A stretch of 64,000 nucleotides of DNA from Alphaproteobacteria bacterium (GTDB lineage: Bacteria > Pseudomonadota > Alphaproteobacteria > CALKHQ01). The notes under the pieces were generated by a model. It had not been told where the DNA came from, ran no database searches, and saw nothing but the letters and a program-made list of their open reading frames with translations. Of this stretch, positions 10,036 through 19,600 are shown piece after piece (within the stretch, counting starts at the first letter, position 1; the number at the start of each line of letters is the position of its first letter). The stretch is taken from assembly GCA_965227515.1 (NCBI GenBank), contig CBDDFZ010000002.1:992001-1056000 (forward strand), given 5' to 3'. Both the position numbers and the translations under genes were made by a program.

Positions 10036-10086
10036 CGCGCCCCGGGGATGCGCGCCCCGGGGATGTGCGCCCCGGGGATGTGCGCC
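10036..10086. repeat. tandem repeat of a 15-bp unit (about 3.4 copies)
   Basis: (C/T)GCGCCCCGGGGATG three times plus a partial copy, in a divergent intergenic region. Confidence 0.9.
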
Positions 10087-10176
10087 AGCAATATCCGCCG
10101 TCGACGCGCACGGCGCCAGTGCGGTTTAATGCCCGGCGGGGGGCTGCACAACAAGAGCGCAAGGGCGGGAGACATC

Positions 10177-10596
10177 ATGCAGGAATTCATCCAGAAGGCG
10201 GCTGCACAACTGGGTGTGGACGGCACAACGGTCAGTTCGGCGATTGGCACCATCCTGGACCTGATCAAGGAGCACATGCCCGGCACCGATTTCCAGGCCC
10301 TGCTGGCGAAAATACCGGGCGCCGGCGCGCTGCTTGGCCAGGCCGGCGGTGCCGACGAGGGCGGCTCGGGCGGCGGCCTGCTGGGCGGCATCGGCGACGG
10401 TCTGGGCGGCCTGATGGGCGGCAGCGGCGGCTCGGCACTCGGCTCGCTTGCCAAGCTGCAGGAGACCGGCCTGGACACCGGCCAGATCGGCTCCCTGCTC
10501 GGTATGTTCAAGGACCACGCCTCGGAACAGGCCGGCAGCGACCTGGCGGATAAGGCATTCGGCAGCGTGCCCGGCCTCGGCAACCTGTTGCGCTGA
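10177..10596 (+). CDS. small Gly-rich hypothetical protein (DUF2780/DUF2267-like)
   Basis: GGGAGA RBS; MQEFIQKAAAQLGVD..., GGGLLGG tracts, host-like codon usage. Confidence 0.7.
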   Translation: MQEFIQKAAAQLGVDGTTVSSAIGTILDLIKEHMPGTDFQALLAKIPGAGALLGQAGGADEGGSGGGLLGGIGDGLGGLMGGSGGSALGSLAKLQETGLDTGQIGSLLGMFKDHASEQAGSDLADKAFGSVPGLGNLLR

Positions 10597-10717
10597 TCGG
10601 CGGGCGGCCTGAGCGACGGGTATTTCGTCTGACGATGCCAGTGCCGGCAGTTCTTGCGCCGGGACTGCCGGCACCCTACCGTCGGCGCGACCGACGATCA
10701 CCATCCAGGACGGCAAA

Positions 10718-11710
10718 ATGGCGCTCAGCCCCAACTTCGCAACCCGCCTCAACTCGTTCAAGGCCGCAGTCGGCGACGGCGGGCGGTCGAGCGCGCTCGA
10801 CCTCGTGCGGTGCGCCGGCGAGGTCGGCGGGCTGACCTCGGTCGACCTGAACTATCCCGACCAGGTGACTGGCGCGTCGATGGCCGACCTGCGCAACTGC
10901 GTCGCCGATGCGGGGCTCAGCGTCAACGGCCTCGCCATGCGCTACTACGGCGATGCCGACTACAAGGGCGGCGCGCTGGGCAACGCCGATCCGGCCATCC
11001 GCCGCAAGGCGGTGGACCTGACGCGGGCCGGCGTCGATGCCACCGTGGCCGCCGGTGCGGACATGCTGACGGTGTGGCTGGGCGAGGACGGCTTCGACTA
11101 CCCGTTCCAGGTCGACTATGCCGACATGTGGAAGCGGGTCGCCGACGGGCTGAGGGAGGTCGCCGCGCACAATCCGGATGTGCGCATCTCCATCGAGTAC
11201 AAACCGGACGAGCCGCGCGCCCGCGCGCTACTGGGCGATATCGGCACCACGCTGTTGATGATCAACGAGATCGGTCTCGACAATGTCGGCGTGTGCCTGG
11301 ACTTCGCCCACGTCCTCTATGCCGGCGAGCAACCGGCCTTTGCCGCCGCGATGGCCGCCCACCACGCCAAGCTCTACGGCCTGCACCTGAACGACGCCTA
11401 TGGCGCCCGCGACGACGGCATGATGGTGGCCAGCGTCCACGCGCTGCAGACCCTGGAGCTGCTCTACACCATGGACCGGGTGAATTACGACGGTGCCATC
11501 TACTTCGATACCTTCCCGGAGGCGGCGGGCCTGGACCCGGTGGAGGAGTGCCGCACCAACATCATGGTCACCAAGCGCCTGCTGGAGCTGGTGGAAACCC
11601 TGCGCGGGCGCAACGACCTGGCCGAGGCACTGGCGCAGCAGGATGCGGTCGCCGGCCAGCGCATCGCCCAGAGCGTGCTGATGGGCATCTCACCCGCGGG
11701 CGACGATTAG
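10718..11710 (+). CDS. xylose isomerase-like TIM-barrel sugar isomerase/epimerase
   Basis: WLGEDGFDYPFQ, IEYKPDEPR, LDFAH, HLND, YFDTFP metal-binding motifs. Confidence 0.85.
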   Translation: MALSPNFATRLNSFKAAVGDGGRSSALDLVRCAGEVGGLTSVDLNYPDQVTGASMADLRNCVADAGLSVNGLAMRYYGDADYKGGALGNADPAIRRKAVDLTRAGVDATVAAGADMLTVWLGEDGFDYPFQVDYADMWKRVADGLREVAAHNPDVRISIEYKPDEPRARALLGDIGTTLLMINEIGLDNVGVCLDFAHVLYAGEQPAFAAAMAAHHAKLYGLHLNDAYGARDDGMMVASVHALQTLELLYTMDRVNYDGAIYFDTFPEAAGLDPVEECRTNIMVTKRLLELVETLRGRNDLAEALAQQDAVAGQRIAQSVLMGISPAGDD

Positions 11711-11722
11711 GCGGCCGGGTCG

Positions 11723-12664
11723 ATGGGGCGCGCACCGCACATTGCCGTTCTCGGCAGCCTGCATATGGACATCGTCGTCACGGCGGAGCGCCTGCCGCAG
11801 CTTGGCGAGACGCTGCCCGGCGAAACCTGGCGACGCGTCTGCGGCGGCAAGGGCCTCAACCAGGCGGTGCATGCGGCACGCCACGGCGCGAACGTGCGCA
11901 TGATCGGCTGCGTCGGTTCGGACGACTTCGCCGACCAGCTTCTGGCCTATCTGGATGACCACGGTATCGATCGCGGCGCGGTGCGCACCACCGACGAGGC
12001 CGGGTCGGGCATGAGCGTCGCCACCATCCAGGAGGACGGCGACTATGCCGCCGTCATCGTGTCCGGCGCCAATCTCTGCCTGGGCGATCAGGACGTGGCG
12101 GCGGTGTCGGCGGCGCCGCTGGACGTGCTGCTGCTGCAATACGAGGTCGCGCCGCATGTGCTGGCGCCGGCCGCCCGCGCGGCAAAGGCCGCCGGGGCGC
12201 GGGTGATCCTGAACGCGGCACCCGCCGCGCCGGCACCGGAGGGCCTGCTGGAGCACGTCGACGTGCTGGTGGCGAACGAGTTCGAGACCAGCATGCTGAC
12301 CGACATCGGCACCGTCGATGCCCATGGCGCGCACAAGGCGTTGTCCAGCCTGATCGAGCAGGTGCCGAACGTCATTCAGACGCTGGGGCCGCAGGGGCTG
12401 ATCCTGGCCGGGCCGGACTGTCCGAGGTGCCTGCTACCGGGCTTCGCGGTGGAGGTGGTCGACACCCACGGAGCCGGTGACGCGCTGATCGGTGCGCTGG
12501 CCTGCCGGCTGGCCGAGGGCGACGACCTGTTGTCGGCGGCCAAGTACGGCAACGCCGCCGCCGCCTTGATGGTGGCGACCGACGGCGCCGACCCCAACGC
12601 GATCACGCGCGCGGATGTCCTGGCCAGATTGCAGGACGGCCCAGAGGCGGAGCCATATGAATGA
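11723..12664 (+). CDS. ribokinase-like PfkB family sugar kinase
   Basis: GSLHMD, GGKGLNQA, NAAP, ANEFE, VDTHGAGDA signature. Confidence 0.88.
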   Translation: MGRAPHIAVLGSLHMDIVVTAERLPQLGETLPGETWRRVCGGKGLNQAVHAARHGANVRMIGCVGSDDFADQLLAYLDDHGIDRGAVRTTDEAGSGMSVATIQEDGDYAAVIVSGANLCLGDQDVAAVSAAPLDVLLLQYEVAPHVLAPAARAAKAAGARVILNAAPAAPAPEGLLEHVDVLVANEFETSMLTDIGTVDAHGAHKALSSLIEQVPNVIQTLGPQGLILAGPDCPRCLLPGFAVEVVDTHGAGDALIGALACRLAEGDDLLSAAKYGNAAAALMVATDGADPNAITRADVLARLQDGPEAEPYE

Positions 12665-13872
12665 CCGATTGGTCCGACCCGGTGGCCCATTGGGGCTTGC
12701 AGCCCGTGATCAACGTGTCCGGCACCATGACCACCATCGGCGCCGCATCGGTGCGGCCTGAGGTGATCCAGGCGGTCGGCGCCGTATTGCCGCGCTACCT
12801 TGCCATCGAGGCGCTGCAGGCCAAGGCGTGCGGGGTGATCGCCCGGGCGACCGGGGCCGAGGCCGGGTGCGTCGCCCACTGCACCGCTGCCGGCATCACG
12901 CTGTCGGTCGCCGCCGCGCTGACCGGGTCCGACCTGGCGGCGATCGAGGCGCTGCCCGACTGCGGCGGGCGCGAGCGGCGGGTGGCGATCCAGATGGGTC
13001 ACATGGTCAGCTACGGCGCGCCGGTCCACCAGGCGATCGCGCTGGCGGGCGCGGAAGTGGTGCCGCTGGGCACGGCGGCGATGTGCGAGCTCTATCACCT
13101 TGAGGCGGCGCTCAAGGCGGGCTGCGCCGCCGCTGTCTATGTCGTTTCCCACCACACGGTGCGCGAGGGCGAGCTGCCGCTGGACCTGTTCGTCGAGGCA
13201 TGTGCCGCCCACGGCGTGCCGGTCATCGTCGACGTGGCCGCCGAGTACGACCTGGCCGGTCCGGCCGCTTTGGGCGCCGATCTCGCGATCTATTCCGGCC
13301 ACAAGTTCCTGCGCGGCATCACCAGCGCGGTGGTTGCCGGCAAGCTGGAGATGGTGCGTGCGGTGCACCTGCAGCATCGCGGCATCGGACGGACGATGAA
13401 GGTGCCGAAGGAGGCTATCGTCGGCCTGATGACGGCGCTTGAGCTTTGGGCCGACCGTGACGCCGAGGCGGATCGGCAGGCGCAGAAGGCGGTGCTGGCG
13501 GTCTGGCGCGAGCGGCTGGATGGCTTGCCCGGCATTCGTCTGAGCGACCACGGCGATTGGACCGGCAATCCGGTGACGCGGCTGGAGGTGCATGTCGACG
13601 GCCCGGCCGCTGGCCTGCACGGCTGGGAACTGGCCGACCGCCTGGCCGCGCGCACGCCGCCGATCATCGTGCGCGACGATCTGGTCGAGCACGGGCTGCT
13701 CTACCTGGACCCGTGCCAGGTGAACGTAGAAGAGGCTGCCGCGGTCGGCGAGGCCATCGTCGCGGAACTGGAGGCCGCGCGTGGCCGTGGCGACGGATGC
13801 GCGGTTTCGTGGAGCGACGTCAAGCGCGCCCGCGCCACCGATCCGCTGCGCTGGCCCGAAGGTGCGGCATAG
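12661..13872 (+). CDS. SelA-like / DgaE-family PLP-dependent enzyme
   Basis: VINVSGTMTTIG, YVVSHH, VDVAAE, YSGHK (PLP lysine), GIGRTMKVPKE; ATGA overlap with the kinase. Confidence 0.85.
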   Translation: MTDWSDPVAHWGLQPVINVSGTMTTIGAASVRPEVIQAVGAVLPRYLAIEALQAKACGVIARATGAEAGCVAHCTAAGITLSVAAALTGSDLAAIEALPDCGGRERRVAIQMGHMVSYGAPVHQAIALAGAEVVPLGTAAMCELYHLEAALKAGCAAAVYVVSHHTVREGELPLDLFVEACAAHGVPVIVDVAAEYDLAGPAALGADLAIYSGHKFLRGITSAVVAGKLEMVRAVHLQHRGIGRTMKVPKEAIVGLMTALELWADRDAEADRQAQKAVLAVWRERLDGLPGIRLSDHGDWTGNPVTRLEVHVDGPAAGLHGWELADRLAARTPPIIVRDDLVEHGLLYLDPCQVNVEEAAAVGEAIVAELEAARGRGDGCAVSWSDVKRARATDPLRWPEGAA

Positions 13873-14050
13873 CTGGTTTACACCAGTTTCCGATGGCATC
13901 GCCCTGCGCGGCGTGGCATTTTCGCCCCATTCCTCGCCAAGACTTGTTCAAAGCGCACCGCCGTTCCCATTTTCTTGGGGACCTCATGCCATGAAGGCCC
14001 GAAATGCCAATGCGGCCGATGCCAGTTAGGCCAATGAAGGAGTCGCCTGA

Positions 14051-15409
14051 ATGAATGTCGTTATGATCGGCGCCGGCTATGTCGGCCTGGTGTCCGCCGC
14101 CTGTTTCGCCGAGTTCGGCTTTTCCGTCACCTGCGTCGACGTGATGGCCGACAAGATCGCCCAGCTCAAGCAGGGCAAGGTGCCGATCTACGAGCCGGGG
14201 CTGGACGACCTGATCGTCAAGAACCAGGAGGCCGGGCGGCTGGGCTTCACCACCGATCTCGCATCCGCCGTCGCGCGCGCCGACGTGGTGTTCATCGCGG
14301 TCGGCACCCCGCGCCGCAACGACGGCCACGCCGATCTGCGCTATGTGGAGGAGGCGGCGCGCCAGATTGCCGACGCGCTGGACGGCTATACGGTGGTGGT
14401 CAACAAGTCGACCGTGCCGGTCGGCACCGGCCGCCTGGTCGCCGACATCATTCGCGGCCAGCGCGCGGACGCACGTTTCGATGTGGTCTCCAACCCCGAG
14501 TTCCTGCGCGAAGGCTCCGCCATCGAGGACTTCATGCGCCCGGACCGGGTGGTGATCGGCAGCGAGAGCGAGCGCGCGCGCGACGTGATGCGCCGGCTCT
14601 ATCGCGTGCTCTACCTGATCGAGACGCCGATCGTTGAGACCAACCTGGAAACCGCTGAGCTGGCGAAATACGCCACCAACGCGTTCCTGGCCACCAAGGT
14701 CACCTTCATCAACGAAATGTCGGACCTGTGCGACGCCGTCGGCGCCGACGTGCAGGAGATCGCCAAGGCGATGGGCCTGGACAAGCGCATCGGGCCGAAA
14801 TTCCTGCACGCCGGCCCGGGCTACGGCGGCTCGTGCTTCCCCAAGGACACGCGCGCGCTTGCCTCCATCGCCGTCGACCAGGGCGCGCCGACCCAGATCG
14901 TCGAGGCGGTGGTGCGGGCCAACGACAGCCGCAAGGCCGGTCTGGCCGCGCGGGTGACGGCGGCCGCCGGGGGCTCCATCGAGGGGGCCGTGGTCGCCGT
15001 GCTGGGCCTGGCGTTCAAGCCCAACACCGACGACATGCGCGAGGCGCCGGCCATCGACCTGATCGCGGGCCTGACGCGCGCGGGGGCGACGGTGCGGGCC
15101 TATGATCCCGAGGCGATGGTGCAGGCGCGCGAGCTGATCGACGGCGCCGAATGGTGCGACGACGCGGCCGCGGCCTATACCGGCGCCGACATCCTGGTGG
15201 TGGCGACGGAGTGGAACGAGTTCCGTGCCATCAGCCCCGAAGCGTTGCGCGGTGCCATGCGCGGCGACCTGGTCGTCGACCTGCGCAACATCTTCGACCC
15301 GGCAGCGCTCGAGCCGTACAACTTCCGCTACTATGGCGTCGGGCGCGGGCGGACCAATACGGTTTCCCTCAGCGCGCCCGCCAAGCCGGACCTCGTTGCC
15401 GCCAAGTGA
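14051..15409 (+). CDS. ugd: UDP-glucose 6-dehydrogenase
   Basis: GAGYVGL, KSTVPVG, SNPEFLREG, GPGYGGSCFPKD, LAFKPNTDD. Confidence 0.93.
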   Translation: MNVVMIGAGYVGLVSAACFAEFGFSVTCVDVMADKIAQLKQGKVPIYEPGLDDLIVKNQEAGRLGFTTDLASAVARADVVFIAVGTPRRNDGHADLRYVEEAARQIADALDGYTVVVNKSTVPVGTGRLVADIIRGQRADARFDVVSNPEFLREGSAIEDFMRPDRVVIGSESERARDVMRRLYRVLYLIETPIVETNLETAELAKYATNAFLATKVTFINEMSDLCDAVGADVQEIAKAMGLDKRIGPKFLHAGPGYGGSCFPKDTRALASIAVDQGAPTQIVEAVVRANDSRKAGLAARVTAAAGGSIEGAVVAVLGLAFKPNTDDMREAPAIDLIAGLTRAGATVRAYDPEAMVQARELIDGAEWCDDAAAAYTGADILVVATEWNEFRAISPEALRGAMRGDLVVDLRNIFDPAALEPYNFRYYGVGRGRTNTVSLSAPAKPDLVAAK

Positions 15410-15413
15410 GGTA

Positions 15414-15872
15414 TTACTCCGGCGCGATGTGCTCGTAGACCGGGCCGATCTCGCCGTCGCTCAGGGTCAGCACGTCGTAGGGTTCCGGGTTGGGCCCCTC
15501 CATGCCGGGTGAGCCGATCGGCATGCCCGGCACCGCGATACCGTCGATGGCCGGGCGCTCTTCCAGCAACCGCTGGACAACGTGCATCGGCACGTGCCCC
15601 TCGACCACATAGTCACCGATCATCGCGGTGTGGCACGACTGCGCCTGCCCCGGCACGCCGGCCAGCATCTTCATCGGCTGCAAGTCGTCGAGTTCCACCA
15701 CCCGCACGTCCACGCCGCCGGCGCGCACGTGGTCGACCCACGCCGTGCAGCACCCGCACCAGGGTGTCTTGTAGACCGTCATCTCGACTTCGGCGTCGGC
15801 GATGGCCGGGGCCGCCGCCAACAGCGTGGTCGAAAGCGCCGCGCCGCCGATGATGCGTTTGATAGTGGACAT
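15414..15872 (-). CDS. DUF411 family periplasmic metal-binding protein
   Basis: Signal peptide, YKTPWCGCC, SCHTA, EGHVP, VPGMPIGSPGM; AAAGGA RBS before ATG 15872. Confidence 0.88.
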   Translation of the reverse strand: MSTIKRIIGGAALSTTLLAAAPAIADAEVEMTVYKTPWCGCCTAWVDHVRAGGVDVRVVELDDLQPMKMLAGVPGQAQSCHTAMIGDYVVEGHVPMHVVQRLLEERPAIDGIAVPGMPIGSPGMEGPNPEPYDVLTLSDGEIGPVYEHIAPE

Positions 15873-15913
15873 GGTGTTTCCGTCCTTTCTGCTGATAGCC
15901 ATGCGCCCGCCAA

Positions 15914-16384
15914 CTATGGCGTGCGCTGAGCCTGTAGTTCGCGGTTGCGCGCGGACCAGTGCGACTTGATGAACGCCAGCACGTTCCAGATGTCCTGGTC
16001 GCTCAGGACATCGCCGAAGCCCGGCATGCCGCTGACGACGCCGTCCAGGCCCATCCGCGCGGCAGCCTCCTCGCCGCCGAACTTGGTGTAGTCGAACAGC
16101 ATGCTGTCGGGGTGATGCCAAGTGTGGCCGCTGTCGTCATGCGGCGGGGCGGGCAGCACGCCGTCGGGCCCTGGCGTCTGCCAGTCCGGTTGCCCCTCGA
16201 GGTCTGCACCGTGGCACGACGCGCATTGCGCGGCGTAGACGGCCTCACCTTGCGCCACGTCGACATCCTCGGGCATCCGTAAATTGGTTGCCGGCGCTTG
16301 CTCGGAGTCGACAAGGAACCATGTCACGGCGGCCGCGACCGCAAAGCCCACGACCGCGACGCCGGCAAGGGTTGCCCGGCTCAC
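15914..16384 (-). CDS. monoheme cytochrome c (copper-cluster associated)
   Basis: N-terminal TM/signal, CASCH, APPHDDSGHTWHH, MPGF axial Met. Confidence 0.88.
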   Translation of the reverse strand: MSRATLAGVAVVGFAVAAAVTWFLVDSEQAPATNLRMPEDVDVAQGEAVYAAQCASCHGADLEGQPDWQTPGPDGVLPAPPHDDSGHTWHHPDSMLFDYTKFGGEEAAARMGLDGVVSGMPGFGDVLSDQDIWNVLAFIKSHWSARNRELQAQRTP

Positions 16385-17766
16385 GCCGACACCTCGATCC
16401 AGGTCGTCATGCCGCTAACCGCATGTTCCAGCATATGACAGTGCAATAACCACTTCCCCGGGTTGTCCGCGACGAACGCGATGTCCACGGTCTCGCCGCG
16501 CTGCATCAAGATGGTATCGCGTAGCGGGCCGATGCTGCCATCCTCGCGAAGCTGCCGGAAGTGATGCCCATGCAGATGCATGCCGTGCGGGAAAGCCGTG
16601 TCGTTGACCATGGTCAGCCGCACGGTGGTGCCGCGGTCGGCGTGCAACAAAGGCTCGTCGCGGATGCCGGCATAGCCGTTGAACGCCCAGACCATCCCCA
16701 GGTCGACCATCTCGCGCATCGGTGTGTAGCGGCCGTCCATGACGGCGCCGGCCATCCCGCCCATGGCCCCGCCCGACATGCGTAGTTCAGCGCCCATCGC
16801 CGTGTCCGGGTCGTTGAGTGGCGGTATGGGGTTGGGCGTCAGCGCCGCCGGTGGCGGCAAGCGTTCCGCGCGCGACTGCCCGCTGATCGGGAATGTCGCG
16901 AGACGAAGTTCCTGGTCGCGCTCGATGGCGGTCAGCATGCCCGTGCTGCCGTCCGAGGCGGTGACGTCGACAATGAGGTCTATGCGTTGTGCCGGGGCCA
17001 ATATCATTCGGCCGGCTGCGACAGGAGCCTCCAATGGCTGGCCGTCCAATGCCACCACCCACCCGTCGAGGCCATCCAGGTCCAGGACGAAGATCCGCGC
17101 ATTGGCCGTGTTCACCAGACGCAGCCTCAGGCGGTCGTGTTGGCTGACGGCCGCGTGCCAGTCCCCGTGTCCGTTGACGGTCAGCCAATTGCCAAGCCGG
17201 CCGGCGTGCGACCAGTCCGACATCGCGCCGAAGCTCTCGTGGATCTGGGCATCCTCCGACAGCCGCCAATCGTCGATCAACAGAACCTCGTCGCGGTCGA
17301 CTGCGGGTGGGTCCGGTTCGTCAACGATCAGCGCGCCATTGAGCCCGCGCGCCATCTGCTCCCAGCTTCGAATGTGGGGGTGGTACCAGTATGTTCCGGC
17401 GTCGGGCGCTATGAAATCGTACGTGAAATCTGAGTCCGGCTGCACCGGATCCTGCGTCAGGTCGGGCACGCCATCCATGCCGTTGTCCAGCCTGATCCCG
17501 TGCCAGTGGATCGTGGAGGGCTGGGTCAACTGATTGACGAACCGGCGCTTGAGCCTTGCGCCCTGAGGCAGCCTGATGACCGGTCCCGGCACGATGCCAT
17601 CATAGCCCCAGATTTCCGTGCCCCTGGTATCGTTCGGCAGCATGAAGGCAGTGCCCGTTCGAGCACGGATGATCGGGACGTCCGCAAGTGCCGCGCGCGG
17701 CAGCAATGGGCCGCTCAGGCATGCTGCGGCTCCGGCGGCGAGTAACTGGCGACGCGTAAGAGTCAT
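16381..17766 (-). CDS. Tat-exported multicopper oxidase
   Basis: TRRQLL Tat motif; HWHG, YWYHPH, HGMHLHGH, HCHMLEH copper-binding motifs. Confidence 0.95.
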   Translation of the reverse strand: MTLTRRQLLAAGAAACLSGPLLPRAALADVPIIRARTGTAFMLPNDTRGTEIWGYDGIVPGPVIRLPQGARLKRRFVNQLTQPSTIHWHGIRLDNGMDGVPDLTQDPVQPDSDFTYDFIAPDAGTYWYHPHIRSWEQMARGLNGALIVDEPDPPAVDRDEVLLIDDWRLSEDAQIHESFGAMSDWSHAGRLGNWLTVNGHGDWHAAVSQHDRLRLRLVNTANARIFVLDLDGLDGWVVALDGQPLEAPVAAGRMILAPAQRIDLIVDVTASDGSTGMLTAIERDQELRLATFPISGQSRAERLPPPAALTPNPIPPLNDPDTAMGAELRMSGGAMGGMAGAVMDGRYTPMREMVDLGMVWAFNGYAGIRDEPLLHADRGTTVRLTMVNDTAFPHGMHLHGHHFRQLREDGSIGPLRDTILMQRGETVDIAFVADNPGKWLLHCHMLEHAVSGMTTWIEVSA

Positions 17767-18665
17767 TCACCTGGCTCCGGGTTGAAGATGTAGGTTGCCA
17801 ATGCCGACAGATCGGCATCGGTCCAGAATTGGGTGCCGTCCCGCACCGTTTCCGCCATGGACCCGCCGAACACATCGCCCCCTGGCATCACGCCGGAGCG
17901 AAGCGCGTAGGCAAGGCTCACCTCGGTCCAGCCTGCCTCTGTCAGATGGGACGCGGTAATTGGCGGAACGACCTCACCGTCCGGCCCCATGCCTCCTGAC
18001 CAGCGCTGCTCCAGGTTGCGGCCGCCCAGCAATGTACGCGGCGTGTGGCAGGCTCCACAGTGGCCGGGCCCCAGGGCCAGATAGCGGCCCCTGTTCCATT
18101 CATCCGACTGCGACGGATCGGCAGTGAATTCGCCGTCGTTGAAGTAGAGCCACTTCCAGAGCCCGACACCGGCACGCATGTTGTAGGGGAAGTCGAGCTC
18201 GTGCTCGGGAGCGACACCCGCTACCGGCGGCACCGAATTGACGGCGGCCCACAGGTCGACGACGTCCTGCTCCGTCAGCCGCGTATAGAAGGCAAACGGG
18301 AAGACGGGGAAGTAGTGATCGCCGTCGGGGCTTTCGCCCGCAGTCAGTGCCCGGCCGAAATCGCTGACGGTCCAGTCGCCGATACCATCGGTGGGGTGCG
18401 GCGTGATGTTCGGCGCATAGAACGTGCCGAACGCCGTATCCGTTGCGCCGCCGCCGGCCAACACCGCGCCGCCATTCCGATTGTCGGTATGGCAGGCAAT
18501 GCAGCCTGCCAGCCGGGCGACATATGCGCCCCGGTCGACGTCGCCGCTAAGGCCCGCATAGTCCCGAGAAGGTACGCTCGGGCCCCGAGACATCAGGTAA
18601 GCCGCGCCGGTGGCGATCGCCACGAGCACGAGCAACCCGACGCCGAAACGCTTGCGTCGGGTCAC
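17763..18665 (-). CDS. diheme cytochrome c
   Basis: CIACH and CGACH, APNITP, GIGDW, NRGRYL motifs typical of dehydrogenase-associated cytochrome c subunits. Confidence 0.88.
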   Translation of the reverse strand: MTRRKRFGVGLLVLVAIATGAAYLMSRGPSVPSRDYAGLSGDVDRGAYVARLAGCIACHTDNRNGGAVLAGGGATDTAFGTFYAPNITPHPTDGIGDWTVSDFGRALTAGESPDGDHYFPVFPFAFYTRLTEQDVVDLWAAVNSVPPVAGVAPEHELDFPYNMRAGVGLWKWLYFNDGEFTADPSQSDEWNRGRYLALGPGHCGACHTPRTLLGGRNLEQRWSGGMGPDGEVVPPITASHLTEAGWTEVSLAYALRSGVMPGGDVFGGSMAETVRDGTQFWTDADLSALATYIFNPEPGE

Positions 18666-19232
18666 CTACTGCTCCAGCCGATAGTCCTCGTGGCAGGCGG
18701 CGCAGGTCTGCGCAAGGTGCTGGAACACGCCGTCCGGTGGCATCTGGAGCATCATTTCGAGCGGCGGCCCGTCAGCACCTGACATCATGCCCCCACCGGA
18801 CATCATGCCCCCGCCCGACATGCCGCCGCCCGACATTCCACCACCGCCGGGCGCGCGCGCATTCGACGCCGCGCCGGCCAGGGCCTCTGCCACGACGGTC
18901 AGACGGTCGGCCAATGCGGCAAACCTGCCCCAATCCTCCCAGATCAGCGGCAGAGCCTCGCTTGGCGGATCAATGCTGTCTGCCGGAAACGAATCGGTCA
19001 GACGTTCTCCGCCGTGCTCGGCGATTGCCAGGGCGGCCGCGCGGACCTGTTCGGCATCGTATGGGTCCTCGCCACGCATCATGCGCGCGATGACCTCCAT
19101 GGCGTCGGCCATGACGCCCATCATGTCCATGCGTTCCTTCACGACACCCGACGCACCGCCGTGCGCGAATGCGCCAACGCCCACGGCCGCAAGTACCACG
19201 GCCAGGCCGGCGCCAATCATTGTCTTGATCAT
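18666..19232 (-). CDS. cytochrome c' / c556 family protein with Gly/Met-rich insertion
   Basis: Signal peptide, ERMDMM, SEALPLIWEDW, C-terminal CAACHEDYR; GGGMS/GGGMMS repeats. Confidence 0.85.
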   Translation of the reverse strand: MIKTMIGAGLAVVLAAVGVGAFAHGGASGVVKERMDMMGVMADAMEVIARMMRGEDPYDAEQVRAAALAIAEHGGERLTDSFPADSIDPPSEALPLIWEDWGRFAALADRLTVVAEALAGAASNARAPGGGGMSGGGMSGGGMMSGGGMMSGADGPPLEMMLQMPPDGVFQHLAQTCAACHEDYRLEQ

Positions 19233-19282
19233 CTTGTCCCATGTCCTTTCAAGCGTTCGGTCGAAAGTCTCGATCGATTCGC

Positions 19283-19600
19283 TCAGGACATTGGCGGCGG
19301 TATCGGCGGCGGCTTGGTGAGGCCGGCTTGCCACGCGTTCTGCCGAACCGGCCAGTTGCTTGTGGTCGCGGCGAGCCACACGTCGGGCCCGGCTGCCAGG
19401 TTTGCGACCGATAGGGCCGGGCAAATCGCGCCGCTGCCGCCATTGTGACAGGACTCCGAGTCGGCGGTGTCGGCCACTGCCAACTCACTGCCGGGTTTCT
19501 CACCAGCGACAACGTCGTGAGCCTGGGCGGCGCCGGTGGCCGCGAGCAGGCACAGTACGATTGCGGCCAACCAGACCGCCGGGCGGAACGGGAGAGACAT
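19283..19600 (-). CDS. small secreted Cys/His protein of copper clusters
   Basis: TGATG overlap with cueR stop, signal peptide (AQA-H), SCH...ICP, C-terminal PPIPPP. Confidence 0.55.
   Translation of the reverse strand: MSLPFRPAVWLAAIVLCLLAATGAAQAHDVVAGEKPGSELAVADTADSESCHNGGSGAICPALSVANLAAGPDVWLAATTSNWPVRQNAWQAGLTKPPPIPPPMS

Noticed and set aside
10036-10086. Tandem repeats as a CRISPR array
   Set aside because: Units are contiguous with no spacers and no cas genes are present.
12661-13872. Selenocysteine synthase SelA
   Set aside because: No selB, selD or tRNA-Sec nearby; motifs and sugar-kinase context fit the DgaE-like branch.
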